The notes under the pieces: model-generated | Databases searched by the model: none | The model's input: only the letters and a program-made list of their open reading frames with translations | Told to the model about the DNA's origin: nothing | Assembly (NCBI GenBank): GCA_964568585.1 | Contig: CAZMQI010000002.1 | Location: 9,237 to 73,236, forward strand | Source: an uncultured Rhodospirillales bacterium | GTDB lineage: Bacteria > Pseudomonadota > Alphaproteobacteria > UBA9219 > RGZA01 | DNA length: 64,000 bases | Reading direction: 5' to 3' | Position numbers and translations under genes: made by a program | In this document: positions 49,325 through 58,593 of the stretch, in pieces | How the letters are laid out: each line of letters begins with the position of its first letter | Position numbering within the stretch: the stretch's first letter is position 1

Positions 49325-50179
49325 ATGCACCCGCTCTATCGCCACATTCAAAGTAACAATAACGTCGACTGGGCCGATTACACCCCGCTCCTAATTGCCG
49401 GCAAGGATCTTGGCCGTGTACATAAAACCGTAGCAGCAACGCTATGCGATGCCAAATTACTGGAACGTAAAAACGATGCCCTATACTTGGTTGGTGAAAA
49501 ACCAGATATAGATGGCCGCACCAAACAGCTGCACACCATACTCCACCACCTGATTGAAACAAAATTTGTTCCAAAGGAACGTTTCGAACTTTACAGCGTC
49601 GCCACATCCTTCAAAGACGAACCGGTTGCACTGGCCGACCGCGCGCTTATCCCGTTCCTTGGCTTTGTGGCTTATGGCGTACATTGCAATGGCTATGTCA
49701 AAAAGGACGGCGCATTTTCATTATGGGTTGGTAAACGCTCATCCGATAGAGGTACCGACCCCGGCAAGTTCGATCATATGATTGCAGGGGGCCAACCGCA
49801 TGGCCTAAGCGCGTTTGATAATCTGGCCAAAGAAGCGCATGAGGAAGCAGGCGTACCGGCAAAGCTTGTAGCACAAGCAAAGCCGGTTGGCTGCATCACC
49901 TATACACGTGCCCTGCCAAACAGCATCCGCCGTGATGCATTATTCCTGTTCGATTTAAAATGTCCGGAAGACTTCACACCGCATAATCAGGATGGCGAAG
50001 TAGAGGATTTCCGTTTAATGCCTGCTGCAGAAGTCCTGCATCTGATTGCCACCAGCGATGCGTTCAAATTCAACGTGAATTTAGTGCTGATTGATTTCTT
50101 TATCCGTCACGGGATCATTAAATGTGACGAGCCGGGATATTCCGAGCTATGCGCTGGGCTCCACGCACCACATATTTAA
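49325..50179 (+). CDS. NUDIX hydrolase with an N-terminal DUF4743-like domain
   Basis: Nudix box GGQPHGLSAFDNLAKEAHEEAGVP (G-x5-E-x7-REUxEExGU-like). 284 aa. Confidence 0.8.
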   Translation: MHPLYRHIQSNNNVDWADYTPLLIAGKDLGRVHKTVAATLCDAKLLERKNDALYLVGEKPDIDGRTKQLHTILHHLIETKFVPKERFELYSVATSFKDEPVALADRALIPFLGFVAYGVHCNGYVKKDGAFSLWVGKRSSDRGTDPGKFDHMIAGGQPHGLSAFDNLAKEAHEEAGVPAKLVAQAKPVGCITYTRALPNSIRRDALFLFDLKCPEDFTPHNQDGEVEDFRLMPAAEVLHLIATSDAFKFNVNLVLIDFFIRHGIIKCDEPGYSELCAGLHAPHI

Positions 50180-50990
50180 TCACATAGCGCGCGTTTTCAT
50201 ATGTCAAAGCCGATACAAACCGTGTCGCAGCTGTGCGCTGCGAATTCTGTGACAACAAGATGGATGTGCCATTTCGCAAACGCTCCGCTTCTTGTTCAAT
50301 GAACTGCGTTACGTCAATCATGCGCGGCACTTCGTATTTATACAGCAGATTCAAGTCTCCCTGAACATCCGCCAACCGCGGGCCTGCCTTGGCATAACGC
50401 ATCTTCAAGAAACTGAATTTGGCTGGTCTTGGCTCTACGAATTGATTCTGGGCAAAGTCATAAATCATCAAACGGTAAGGATTAGTGGTCGGGTCTTCAT
50501 AATAGACGACAAATTTCAAATGGTTCGATTTAACGCCCTTCATCACTTCAGGATATGTGAGGAAGTTATTCATATCAGCAAGCGTTTTGGCCGCCGATAA
50601 TAACCTCAGACTGTTTGTACGATCCAACCCCATGCGCTGCACATCCTGTGCAAGCCCAAGATATGGTGCATATAATGTACGCTCGTAACGTTCCGTGATT
50701 TGTTCTTTATCCGTCACCGCATCCCAGATATGCCTGACATCTAGACAATCATAATGGCCAGATTGCGCGGTAATCAATAGCCCGTCATCTTTTTTAGTAT
50801 GATTATAAAGCAGGAAGAATGATGCCATCACAACACTAAGCTTATCGCTTTCCAATGGCGGAGAAGCCGGAACCGATGCGCCAGCATTGGTTGCCAGAAA
50901 TTGCACGCCGCCATGCGTATTACGCGTATCAAGGCGTTTGTCCATACAACGGAAACACATGCAGGTAATAGCTTGCACTTTATAAGTCAT
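50118..50990 (-). CDS. Divergent beta-carbonic-anhydrase-like protein, paralogue 1
   Basis: CMCFRCMDKR (C-x-D-x-R), ATNAGAS and SGHYDC (G-H-x-x-C) occur in the order and spacing of beta-CA zinc-site motifs, followed by a ~110-aa C-terminal extension. The 3' end overlaps the convergent NUDIX gene by 62 nt. Confidence 0.55.
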   Translation of the reverse strand: MTYKVQAITCMCFRCMDKRLDTRNTHGGVQFLATNAGASVPASPPLESDKLSVVMASFFLLYNHTKKDDGLLITAQSGHYDCLDVRHIWDAVTDKEQITERYERTLYAPYLGLAQDVQRMGLDRTNSLRLLSAAKTLADMNNFLTYPEVMKGVKSNHLKFVVYYEDPTTNPYRLMIYDFAQNQFVEPRPAKFSFLKMRYAKAGPRLADVQGDLNLLYKYEVPRMIDVTQFIEQEAERLRNGTSILLSQNSQRTAATRFVSALTYENARYVIKYVVRGAQRIARNIPARHI

Positions 50991-51096
50991 CGTAGTTACA
51001 AAATATAAATTATTTTAAAAATAAGCATACGTGCTCAAATATATACATCTGGTATTTGCCAGAGTTGGCGATGGCGGTCAATTGAATTAGACATAA

Positions 51097-51867
51097 TTAA
51101 CTACGTGCTAAGCGTGCGATATGCGCTGGTCCGGCGTCTTGTTCATCTTGGTCATCAACCATCGCCTTAATAGCCGTTTCATAAGTTTTAAGGGCACGGC
51201 GCTGCATATAAATGGCGGCTTTATCATCAACAAACGCCGCTACATTCACAGGGCCTCTTAACGCATATTGCTCAAGCAATTCAGGAGATTCCAAAAATTC
51301 TTTAAGGCGCGTGGTGGTTGGCACGAATACATTCTGCTGCGGATCAAAGATATGCAAACGATGTGGTTCAATGACCACATCTTCAAAATACGCAACGATG
51401 CTTAATTCGTTATCACGCACTTCGGCTTGAATGTCGTCGTATGCGAATGCGTGATTGATATCCTGTAATGTCTTTGCCTGCGTCAACAAACGCATGCGTT
51501 CGACATCATCGATACCCGGGTGGTTGCGAACTTGCTCTACCAGATTAGCATAGGGCGCGAGGCGGGCGGTGTCACGGTCACTGCGCTCGGCAACTGGCTT
51601 ATGCGCGACATTCCAGATGCTGCGTACTGCCACACAATCCTCATGGCCGGAGAATGCGGAAATGACGGTTTGATTGCCTTCTTTGGCACGTTCCAGAAGG
51701 ATATGCAGACTGTCTTCCTGCGTGCTTTGCTGCAATGCTGGCGGCGGGAACGACGCGCCTGCAGTCGACATTTTGAACACTTCCAAACCGTGGGTGGCAT
51801 TGGAATTAATGCGGCGGTCCATACAATGAATGCAGATACAAACGGAAGCTGGCTGTTTAACAGTCAT
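51097..51867 (-). CDS. Divergent beta-carbonic-anhydrase-like protein, paralogue 2
   Basis: CICIHCMDRR, STAGAS and SGHEDC in the same order. Collinear similarity to 50118-50990 throughout (e.g. LTQAKTLQDINHAF versus LSAAKTLADMNNFL, and HRLHIFDPQQNVFVP versus YRLMIYDFAQNQFVE). Confidence 0.55.
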   Translation of the reverse strand: MTVKQPASVCICIHCMDRRINSNATHGLEVFKMSTAGASFPPPALQQSTQEDSLHILLERAKEGNQTVISAFSGHEDCVAVRSIWNVAHKPVAERSDRDTARLAPYANLVEQVRNHPGIDDVERMRLLTQAKTLQDINHAFAYDDIQAEVRDNELSIVAYFEDVVIEPHRLHIFDPQQNVFVPTTTRLKEFLESPELLEQYALRGPVNVAAFVDDKAAIYMQRRALKTYETAIKAMVDDQDEQDAGPAHIARLARS

Positions 51868-52399
51868 TCATCACTCAACATGGGTCAGTTACACCGGAAA
51901 ATAATAACTGCATTCGCAGTGTTTTAAAAGGTGTCTTCAGAATCACTTAACGATCAGCTTAATAGCTGCGGCGCCAGCGCAATAAATAACGGATGAATTG
52001 AATTATATTGCTCATAATTGCAGCCCTCGTTTTATCCACTGACGCAATCGATGCGCGGCGTTTGAAATTGGTTGGGATGGCGCAGATGTTAGAACAAGGT
52101 CCCCTCGTTGCACGGCATCTAATAGTGGTTGCGTTGGTGTTCTTACTGGATCGCCTGTCCACTGTGTTTCAGGCGGCAAGCTTCGACCATCGCTTGTATC
52201 TTTTGTTCCGTGCGCGCTTCTGCGTCCAAAATCTGTCATATAAAATCCTTTAAAAAATTCGGCTTTTAAATCTGATGTTTTGATTGTACTGCAGAACTTT
52301 GAAAGTAATTTGCGGCGTTTTCATTAACCCTTCCTGCCCCTATAATATTGATATTACAGCATTTTATTAACCACCTTTTTTACCGCGGTCTTGTTTTTT

Positions 52400-53716
52400 A
52401 TGCCCGATAGAGCAGCCCTCCTTGCCGGATTTCGCGGCACCGCCGTTGAGGTCAGCGAGCTCGCCAAAAAACTGGCAATCGGTTCACATTACCAACCTGG
52501 CGCGTTCACACGAAACGACCTTGAAAAAGTATTTAAACTGTTGCTGCGCCCGCTACTAGCGGAAGGTGACAATGAACCATGGTCGCTACAACGCATTTAC
52601 AACGAAACGGGCGTCAATAAATCCACCATCAGCGAAATGCGTATCGCACTGATTGCGCTTAAATTTTTGCCGTATGATGAAGACAAGTTTTCAAGCAAAA
52701 CTATTCTCAACGTCTGGAATCTTATAAACAATCCAGATAACGCGAATAAATCCTATGAAGTCATCGCAAATAAAGCAAATGTTCCTCTGCTCACTTTTTT
52801 GTACTACGCGCGAATTGGCCGCTTTGCAGGCAAAGTTGCTTCGCGTGATGTGCCCCGCACACGCCCGATTGATGATTTAGCGCCCGTGAAAGCTGCCCTG
52901 CTTGGTCAAAAGCCTAGCGATGAACCAACATTAACATCTGATGCCTACAAGCAAATATCATCGATGCTGAAGAGTGCCACCGATGAAGAAGGGCATATCA
53001 GTGAAACTACCATTAAAGGAATTGCTGCACACTTCCCCAAAGAAGCGGGGATTGGCGAATCTATCGTGAAGGAAGTTCGAATTGGTCTGGTTGCTCTGGG
53101 AGATTTACCAGAACGCAAACCCATCAACACTGAACGTATCCTCGCCATGTGGTATGTGCTGGACAACAATAGAACCACACCCATACCTGAATTGGCGGTA
53201 CAGCATGGCTGGGAACAAAAAGCCTTGGAACGCGCAGGCATAACCGGACGATTGGTTGGCGCCGTTGAACCACGCGTTAAACGCAATAAACAACGTATGA
53301 TAAAAATTGTATTGCGACTTATGGAACGCCAATCACTTGATGCTTCCGGGGCAGCACAGCGTTTGAAATTAAACAAAGCAACAGTACGCGAATGGGTTCG
53401 GGAAGCACTTGGGAATCAGCAAGAACGTGTGGCAATCCGCCGTAAACGCTTGTTGGAAGCGGCGCTGAAAGCTGACCCAAATCTTACTAACAAAAAGCTT
53501 GGCACAGAAATTGGTCTATCGGAAAAAGTGGTACGCACCGATTTATTGGCGATTGTTCAGCAGTTAGAAATGTCCACGGAGGCAGCTGATAAAGCCAAGC
53601 TCGTCATATTAAAGCCACGCCTTGAACGCATGGCATTAGGCGTTATTCGCCAAAAAATGCGAAAACCAGCCAAACGCATTCGCCGCCCCAAACCTAAGCC
53701 ACAAGCTCCAAACTAA
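52400..53716 (+). CDS. Hypothetical protein with an internally duplicated HTH-like module and a basic C-terminal tail
   Basis: ORF 52391-53716 (TTG) trimmed to the ATG at 52400. Repeats: STISEMRIALIALKFLP...TILNVWNLINN versus SIVKEVRIGLVALGDLP...RILAMWYVLDN. Tail KMRKPAKRIRRPKPKPQAPN. Confidence 0.6.
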   Translation: MPDRAALLAGFRGTAVEVSELAKKLAIGSHYQPGAFTRNDLEKVFKLLLRPLLAEGDNEPWSLQRIYNETGVNKSTISEMRIALIALKFLPYDEDKFSSKTILNVWNLINNPDNANKSYEVIANKANVPLLTFLYYARIGRFAGKVASRDVPRTRPIDDLAPVKAALLGQKPSDEPTLTSDAYKQISSMLKSATDEEGHISETTIKGIAAHFPKEAGIGESIVKEVRIGLVALGDLPERKPINTERILAMWYVLDNNRTTPIPELAVQHGWEQKALERAGITGRLVGAVEPRVKRNKQRMIKIVLRLMERQSLDASGAAQRLKLNKATVREWVREALGNQQERVAIRRKRLLEAALKADPNLTNKKLGTEIGLSEKVVRTDLLAIVQQLEMSTEAADKAKLVILKPRLERMALGVIRQKMRKPAKRIRRPKPKPQAPN

Positions 53717-55525
53717 TTATTTGTTATCTTCGTATTTAAGCGCGGCGATGAATGCACTTTGCGGGATTTCAACCTGTCCGAATTGACGCATGCGCTTTTT
53801 GCCTTCTTTCTGCTTTTCGAGCAGTTTCTTCTTACGGCTAATATCGCCGCCATAGCATTTCGCGGTAACATCCTTCCGCATCGCGGAGATGTCTTCACGC
53901 GCGATAATCTTGCCGCCGATTGCAGCTTGCACCGCAATCTTGAACATTTGTTTTGGAATTAAATCCTTCAAGCGTTCGCACAGCTGACGGCCACGTTTTT
54001 CTGCGGCGACCCTATGCACGATCATCGCCAGTGCATCAACCGGTTCCTGGTTCACCAGAATGCTCATCTTCACCAAATCGCCGGTTTCATAGCCATCCAT
54101 TACATAGTCAAAGCTGGCGTAACCTCGGCTGACCGATTTCAAACGATCGTAAAAATCAAACACAACTTCATTCAATGGTAAGCGGTACACCAGCATCGCA
54201 CGCGTGCCGGCATAGGTTAAATCAACCTGCACGCCGCGGCGGTCTTCACATAGCTTCAAGATGGAGCCCAGATATTCATCAGGCACCAAAATAGTTGCTT
54301 TAATCCACGGTTCATCAATATGGTCGATACGCATAACATCCGGCATATCAACCGGATTATGAATCTGCAGCAATTCGCCATTCGTCATGTGCAATTTGTA
54401 CACCACAGATGGCGCAGTGGTGATGAGATCAAGATTGAATTCGCGTTCCAGACGCTCCTGAATGATTTCAAGATGCAATAAACCTAAGAAACCGCAGCGG
54501 AAACCCAAACCAAGCGCGGCGGATGTCTCGCCCTCAAAGTGGAAGCTGGAATCATTGAGCACCAGCTTACCAAGACTATCGCGTAGATCTTCGAACTTCG
54601 CGGCATCGGATGGGAATAATCCGCAGAACACGACAGGGACGGATGGCTTGAACCCCGGCAGCGCTTCGGTCGCTTGCCGTTTTTCTTCGGTAATTGTATC
54701 GCCCACTTTGGTATCGGTGATAGTTTTAATACCAGCAGTGATGTAACCCATTTCGCCAGGTAACAAAGACTGCACGGGAATTTTATTGGGTGTGAAATAG
54801 CCAACGCGCTCTACTTGGTGGGTTGCGCCTGCGGCCATGAAGCGTACCTTCATATCTTGTTTAATCTCGCCTTCAAATACACGCACCAGAATAACTACGC
54901 CCAAGTAAGCATCATACCAGCTATCAACCAGCAAGGCCTTTAACGGCGCAGACTTATCACCCTTTGGTGCTGGCAAACGGTGCACCACCGCTTCCAATAC
55001 GCCTTCAATATTCAAACCGGTTTTTGCCGAAACGCATACGGCATCGCTGGCATCCAAACCAATTACATCTTCGATTTGTGTCTTCACGCGGTCAATATCC
55101 GCTGCTGGCAAATCCACCTTGTTCAATACGGGAATAATCTCGTGCCCGTTATTGATGGCCTGATACACGTTCGCCAAGGTCTGTGCTTCAACGCCTTGGC
55201 TGGCATCCACTACCAAAATACTACCTTCACATGCGGCCAACGAACGGCTCACTTCATAGGCAAAGTCGACATGGCCAGGGGTATCCATCAAATTCAACTG
55301 ATACATCTCGCCGTTCAGCGCTTTGTAATTCAGACGCACGGTTTGCGCTTTGATGGTGATGCCACGCTCGCGCTCAATATCCATGCTATCGAGCATCTGT
55401 TCTTTCATGTCACGTTTTTCGATACCGCCGCAGAACTCAATCAAGCGGTCAGCAAGCGTGGATTTACCGTGATCAATATGCGCGATAATCGCGAAGTTTC
55501 GAATATGGGATAGTGGTACGGACAT
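53717..55525 (-). CDS. lepA: Elongation factor 4 (translational GTPase LepA)
   Basis: [35 protein letters not shown] and the LepA-specific C-terminal domain. 602 aa. Confidence 0.97.
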   Translation of the reverse strand: MSVPLSHIRNFAIIAHIDHGKSTLADRLIEFCGGIEKRDMKEQMLDSMDIERERGITIKAQTVRLNYKALNGEMYQLNLMDTPGHVDFAYEVSRSLAACEGSILVVDASQGVEAQTLANVYQAINNGHEIIPVLNKVDLPAADIDRVKTQIEDVIGLDASDAVCVSAKTGLNIEGVLEAVVHRLPAPKGDKSAPLKALLVDSWYDAYLGVVILVRVFEGEIKQDMKVRFMAAGATHQVERVGYFTPNKIPVQSLLPGEMGYITAGIKTITDTKVGDTITEEKRQATEALPGFKPSVPVVFCGLFPSDAAKFEDLRDSLGKLVLNDSSFHFEGETSAALGLGFRCGFLGLLHLEIIQERLEREFNLDLITTAPSVVYKLHMTNGELLQIHNPVDMPDVMRIDHIDEPWIKATILVPDEYLGSILKLCEDRRGVQVDLTYAGTRAMLVYRLPLNEVVFDFYDRLKSVSRGYASFDYVMDGYETGDLVKMSILVNQEPVDALAMIVHRVAAEKRGRQLCERLKDLIPKQMFKIAVQAAIGGKIIAREDISAMRKDVTAKCYGGDISRKKKLLEKQKEGKKRMRQFGQVEIPQSAFIAALKYEDNK

Positions 55526-55612
55526 TATGTAATAGGTTCTTTAACTGGCGTTGTCGTGGCGCTATTGATAGCGCATAAAGCCATTAAAAAAAACGGAATT
55601 ATTATTGCTGTT

Positions 55613-57205
55613 TTAAGCCTTTTTAGGGGGCTTTATCGCGTAGGTGGCACAGCTCATCGGCTTTAAAACAAGGCCGTTTTTCTGCTCCAGCACGCCAATG
55701 CTGGCTTCATAGATAAGCTGCCCTCTGGCTGGAATTTTATAATTGGCCGATGTGGCGCCAAGATTGAACACGAAATGCAGGCGGTGCTTTTTATCAAAGC
55801 GCTCAAAGGCAATGACATCGCCTTTCGTCTTTATCAGTTTGAAGCCATCGGATTTAAGGGCGGATTGTGCTTTACGCCACGCGATAATGCGCCGTGCGAA
55901 GTGCAAATTGCTTTCTTGGTTCTTCTCCTGAACGTCTACCGCCAAGGCTTTATGATCTTCGCTCACCGGCAACCATGTGTTACGCGATACACTAAACCCC
56001 GCATGGGCTGACCATTTATTCCACGGCATTGGCGTTCGGCAACCATCGCGTCCCTTGAACTTGGGATAAAAAGCAAGGCCGAATGGATCAACCATCTTTT
56101 CAAACGGCACATCCGCTTCGGGCAATCCCAATTCTTCACCCTGATACATGCAGTAAGAGCCTGGCAATGAAAGGCCAAACAGCAATGCAACCCGCGCCGC
56201 GTTAGGTGTATCACCCCAACGCGATGTGACACGTTTCACATCATGGTTTGATAATGCATAGCAAAATAGGGTGTCCGGTTTTTTTGTGGTTTCGGCTTTC
56301 GCAACAGTTTCCGCAAAAGATGCCGCATCCGGTTTCCCTTTAAGCAGTGCAAAGGTATAACTCATGTGCAGGCGTTTTTTGCCCGTATACAATGCAGCTC
56401 TGGCCAGTGGATTTTCGCCGCCCACTTCGCCCAGTAATATCGCGCCATAACGGTTGGTGAGTTTACGTAATGCTTCTAAAAATACTAACGTGTCTTTATG
56501 GCCTTCACTGTGCAAACGGATTTGCCGTGCTTGCGGAATATCTTTGGGAACGTCGGGCGCAATCGGCATCGTCTTTGGACGCGGCGGATTGTTGCGTAAC
56601 ATCGGGTCTGCAAAACCAGTATGAATGGCATCCAGCCGGAAACCATCCACGCCCATATCTAGCCAGAAACGGCCAGTTTGCATGATCATTTTACGCAAAG
56701 CTGGGTTTCGCAGGTTAAAGGTGGGCTGGCTTTCCAAAAACTGGTGGAAATAATACTGCTGGCGCGTGGTATCCCACGCCCAAGCACCACCACCGAAATA
56801 GGAAAGCCAGTTATTGGGCGGCGTACCATCAGGCTTTGCATCGGCCCATATGAACCAGTCGGCTTTGGGGTTTTTCTGGCTGCTGCGGCTTTCGATAAAC
56901 CACGGATGGGCATCAGAACAATGGCACCACACCTGATCCATTATAATCTTCAGATGCTGCTTATGCGCTTCATTCAATAATTTTTTAAAATCTGCAAGCG
57001 TTCCAAAACGTGGGTCGACATCGCAGTAATCGCTGACGTCATATCCAAAATCTTTTTGTGGCGATTTCACGAATGGCGAAACCCACACGGCATCAACGCC
57101 AAGGCGCCCAATATAAGGAAGCTTTTCGATAATGCCACGCAAATCACCGACACCATCGGCGTTACTGTCTTTGAACGAACGGGGATAGATTTGATAAATC
57201 AGCAT
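55613..57205 (-). CDS. GH13 alpha-glucosidase (oligo-1,6-glucosidase / trehalose-6-P hydrolase-like)
   Basis: IYQIYPRSFKDSNADGVGDLRGI, GVDGFRLDAIH, LLGEVGGE and LSNHDVKR (GH13 regions I-IV). Confidence 0.9.
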   Translation of the reverse strand: MLIYQIYPRSFKDSNADGVGDLRGIIEKLPYIGRLGVDAVWVSPFVKSPQKDFGYDVSDYCDVDPRFGTLADFKKLLNEAHKQHLKIIMDQVWCHCSDAHPWFIESRSSQKNPKADWFIWADAKPDGTPPNNWLSYFGGGAWAWDTTRQQYYFHQFLESQPTFNLRNPALRKMIMQTGRFWLDMGVDGFRLDAIHTGFADPMLRNNPPRPKTMPIAPDVPKDIPQARQIRLHSEGHKDTLVFLEALRKLTNRYGAILLGEVGGENPLARAALYTGKKRLHMSYTFALLKGKPDAASFAETVAKAETTKKPDTLFCYALSNHDVKRVTSRWGDTPNAARVALLFGLSLPGSYCMYQGEELGLPEADVPFEKMVDPFGLAFYPKFKGRDGCRTPMPWNKWSAHAGFSVSRNTWLPVSEDHKALAVDVQEKNQESNLHFARRIIAWRKAQSALKSDGFKLIKTKGDVIAFERFDKKHRLHFVFNLGATSANYKIPARGQLIYEASIGVLEQKNGLVLKPMSCATYAIKPPKKA

Positions 57206-57248
57206 CGCTTGTCAGCTTAGTATAGCCACACGCGTTTATACAAGCATG

Positions 57249-58580
57249 TTACGCAGTGCCGCGCGGTGGCGATTGGGTATGAATGACAAATCGGTTTGTC
57301 GTTGCTGTAACTGTGGTCGGCGGCCCCGCAGCAGGCTGCACGCTGGCAATCAATGTACGTATCTGCTGTGTACCAGCCGCAGTCAAGTGCAGCCCGTCTG
57401 CATCTTTTTGTATTCCTCTATCCCGTGTCACAATGGGTTGGATAGGTGGCCTGTCAGGATGCGCTTGATTATGTTCCCGTATGGTTTCGGTAATGACATT
57501 CGCGACTCTGGCAAGGCCCGCATCGTTGTGAGCGCTGCCTTGATTATTACCGGGCAATACCCAGTTATTTATTCTCACGCCAGCGCGGTCTGCTGCCTGC
57601 AAAAATAACTGCACCTGACGCTTATTTTCTGCATCAGGATATGGACCGTTATTACTACCCAGCACGACATCCGCAACAGCGCCGGGTCTCAAATGGCGGA
57701 ACTGCGCTGCTGCCGCCCCAATACTCACACCGACCACAGCGACGTTTTGCTTATTGGGATATGCCCATTTCAAGCTTGCGCCAATGCTATCACCCATAAT
57801 CACATTGCTTTCAGCGCGGGGATGCTGCACGGAGTTATTGACCAAGCCATGCGTTGGCGGATGCGCAACCACAGGTCGTATATCCTGCCTGCCATCACGC
57901 GGCGGCCCACTGGGCGATGCGTAGGGTGGCGCGTAAGGTGGCGCTTGTTGTGGTGAACCTTCATTCTGGCGATTGATACGAAGACCTGTTGGCTGCGGGG
58001 GCGTTTGTTGCGGCAATGGCTCGGCGGGTCTAAATGCGTTGCCAATAGAATTACCGATAGTATTCATGACGGTGTTGAATCCGCGCCCAATGGCCGCGAA
58101 CGCATCTCTAAACCCTTGCATAAAACTATTGGTTGAAACCGTGCGCTGTCCATACGTTGAACCTGGAAGCGATGCCCATTCCTGACGACATTTATATGCG
58201 GCTTGCTGGATATTGCCATTAATCACATCATTAAGCGCGCCACGCTGTGCAATCAATGCCACGGCTGCTATGTCCTGTGTATGCGGCTTGAAATCATTGA
58301 ACCCATGGGCACGTGCGATACGGTCCCACGTATAGCTCATGAACTGATAGCGACCCGCTGCATTTGAACGCAGACTTGGATTAAGCTGCACCATAATGCG
58401 TGGATGGTCGACATACCCGTTGTTGAATTGGCCATGACCCACATTGATGTTATAACCACGGTCCCCTCGTCCATAGGTTCCTTCTGCCTTGGCAATCGCA
58501 TCCAGAAATGCGCGCACATTCTGGTTTTGCAATGCAGCTTCATATTGAGCGTATTGTGGTGAACGGGGAAAATTTGTCAT
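57249..58580 (-). CDS. Leaderless two-enzyme protein E1: lambda-R-type (GH104) lytic transglycosylase + SGNH/GDSL esterase, with glycine zipper and tail motifs
   Basis: aa ~20-155 are collinear with phage lambda R as I recall it (AFLDAIAKAEGT, HPRIMVQLNPSLRSNAAGRYQF, FKPHTQD, WASLPGSTYGQ). Glycine zipper FAAIGRGFNTVMNTIGNSIGNAF. LRINR at 57969-57983. SGNH blocks IMGDSIG, VVLGSNNG and DGLHLT. The C-terminus RFVIHTQSPPRGTA* has its motif at 57273-57290. Confidence 0.85.
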   Translation of the reverse strand: MTNFPRSPQYAQYEAALQNQNVRAFLDAIAKAEGTYGRGDRGYNINVGHGQFNNGYVDHPRIMVQLNPSLRSNAAGRYQFMSYTWDRIARAHGFNDFKPHTQDIAAVALIAQRGALNDVINGNIQQAAYKCRQEWASLPGSTYGQRTVSTNSFMQGFRDAFAAIGRGFNTVMNTIGNSIGNAFRPAEPLPQQTPPQPTGLRINRQNEGSPQQAPPYAPPYASPSGPPRDGRQDIRPVVAHPPTHGLVNNSVQHPRAESNVIMGDSIGASLKWAYPNKQNVAVVGVSIGAAAAQFRHLRPGAVADVVLGSNNGPYPDAENKRQVQLFLQAADRAGVRINNWVLPGNNQGSAHNDAGLARVANVITETIREHNQAHPDRPPIQPIVTRDRGIQKDADGLHLTAAGTQQIRTLIASVQPAAGPPTTVTATTNRFVIHTQSPPRGTA

Positions 58581-58593
58581 CTATTCGCCCGTC

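Noticed and set aside
52012-52239. A 75-aa minus-strand ORF (MTDFGRRSAHGTKDTSDGRS...) with an AGGA 7 nt upstream of its ATG, in the long spacer.
   Set aside because: It overlaps two other ORFs of similar size in other frames (51959-52162 on the minus strand, 52008-52253 on the plus strand). It has no recognisable features. It cannot be called as coding without conservation or expression data. It is mentioned under the spacer finding instead.
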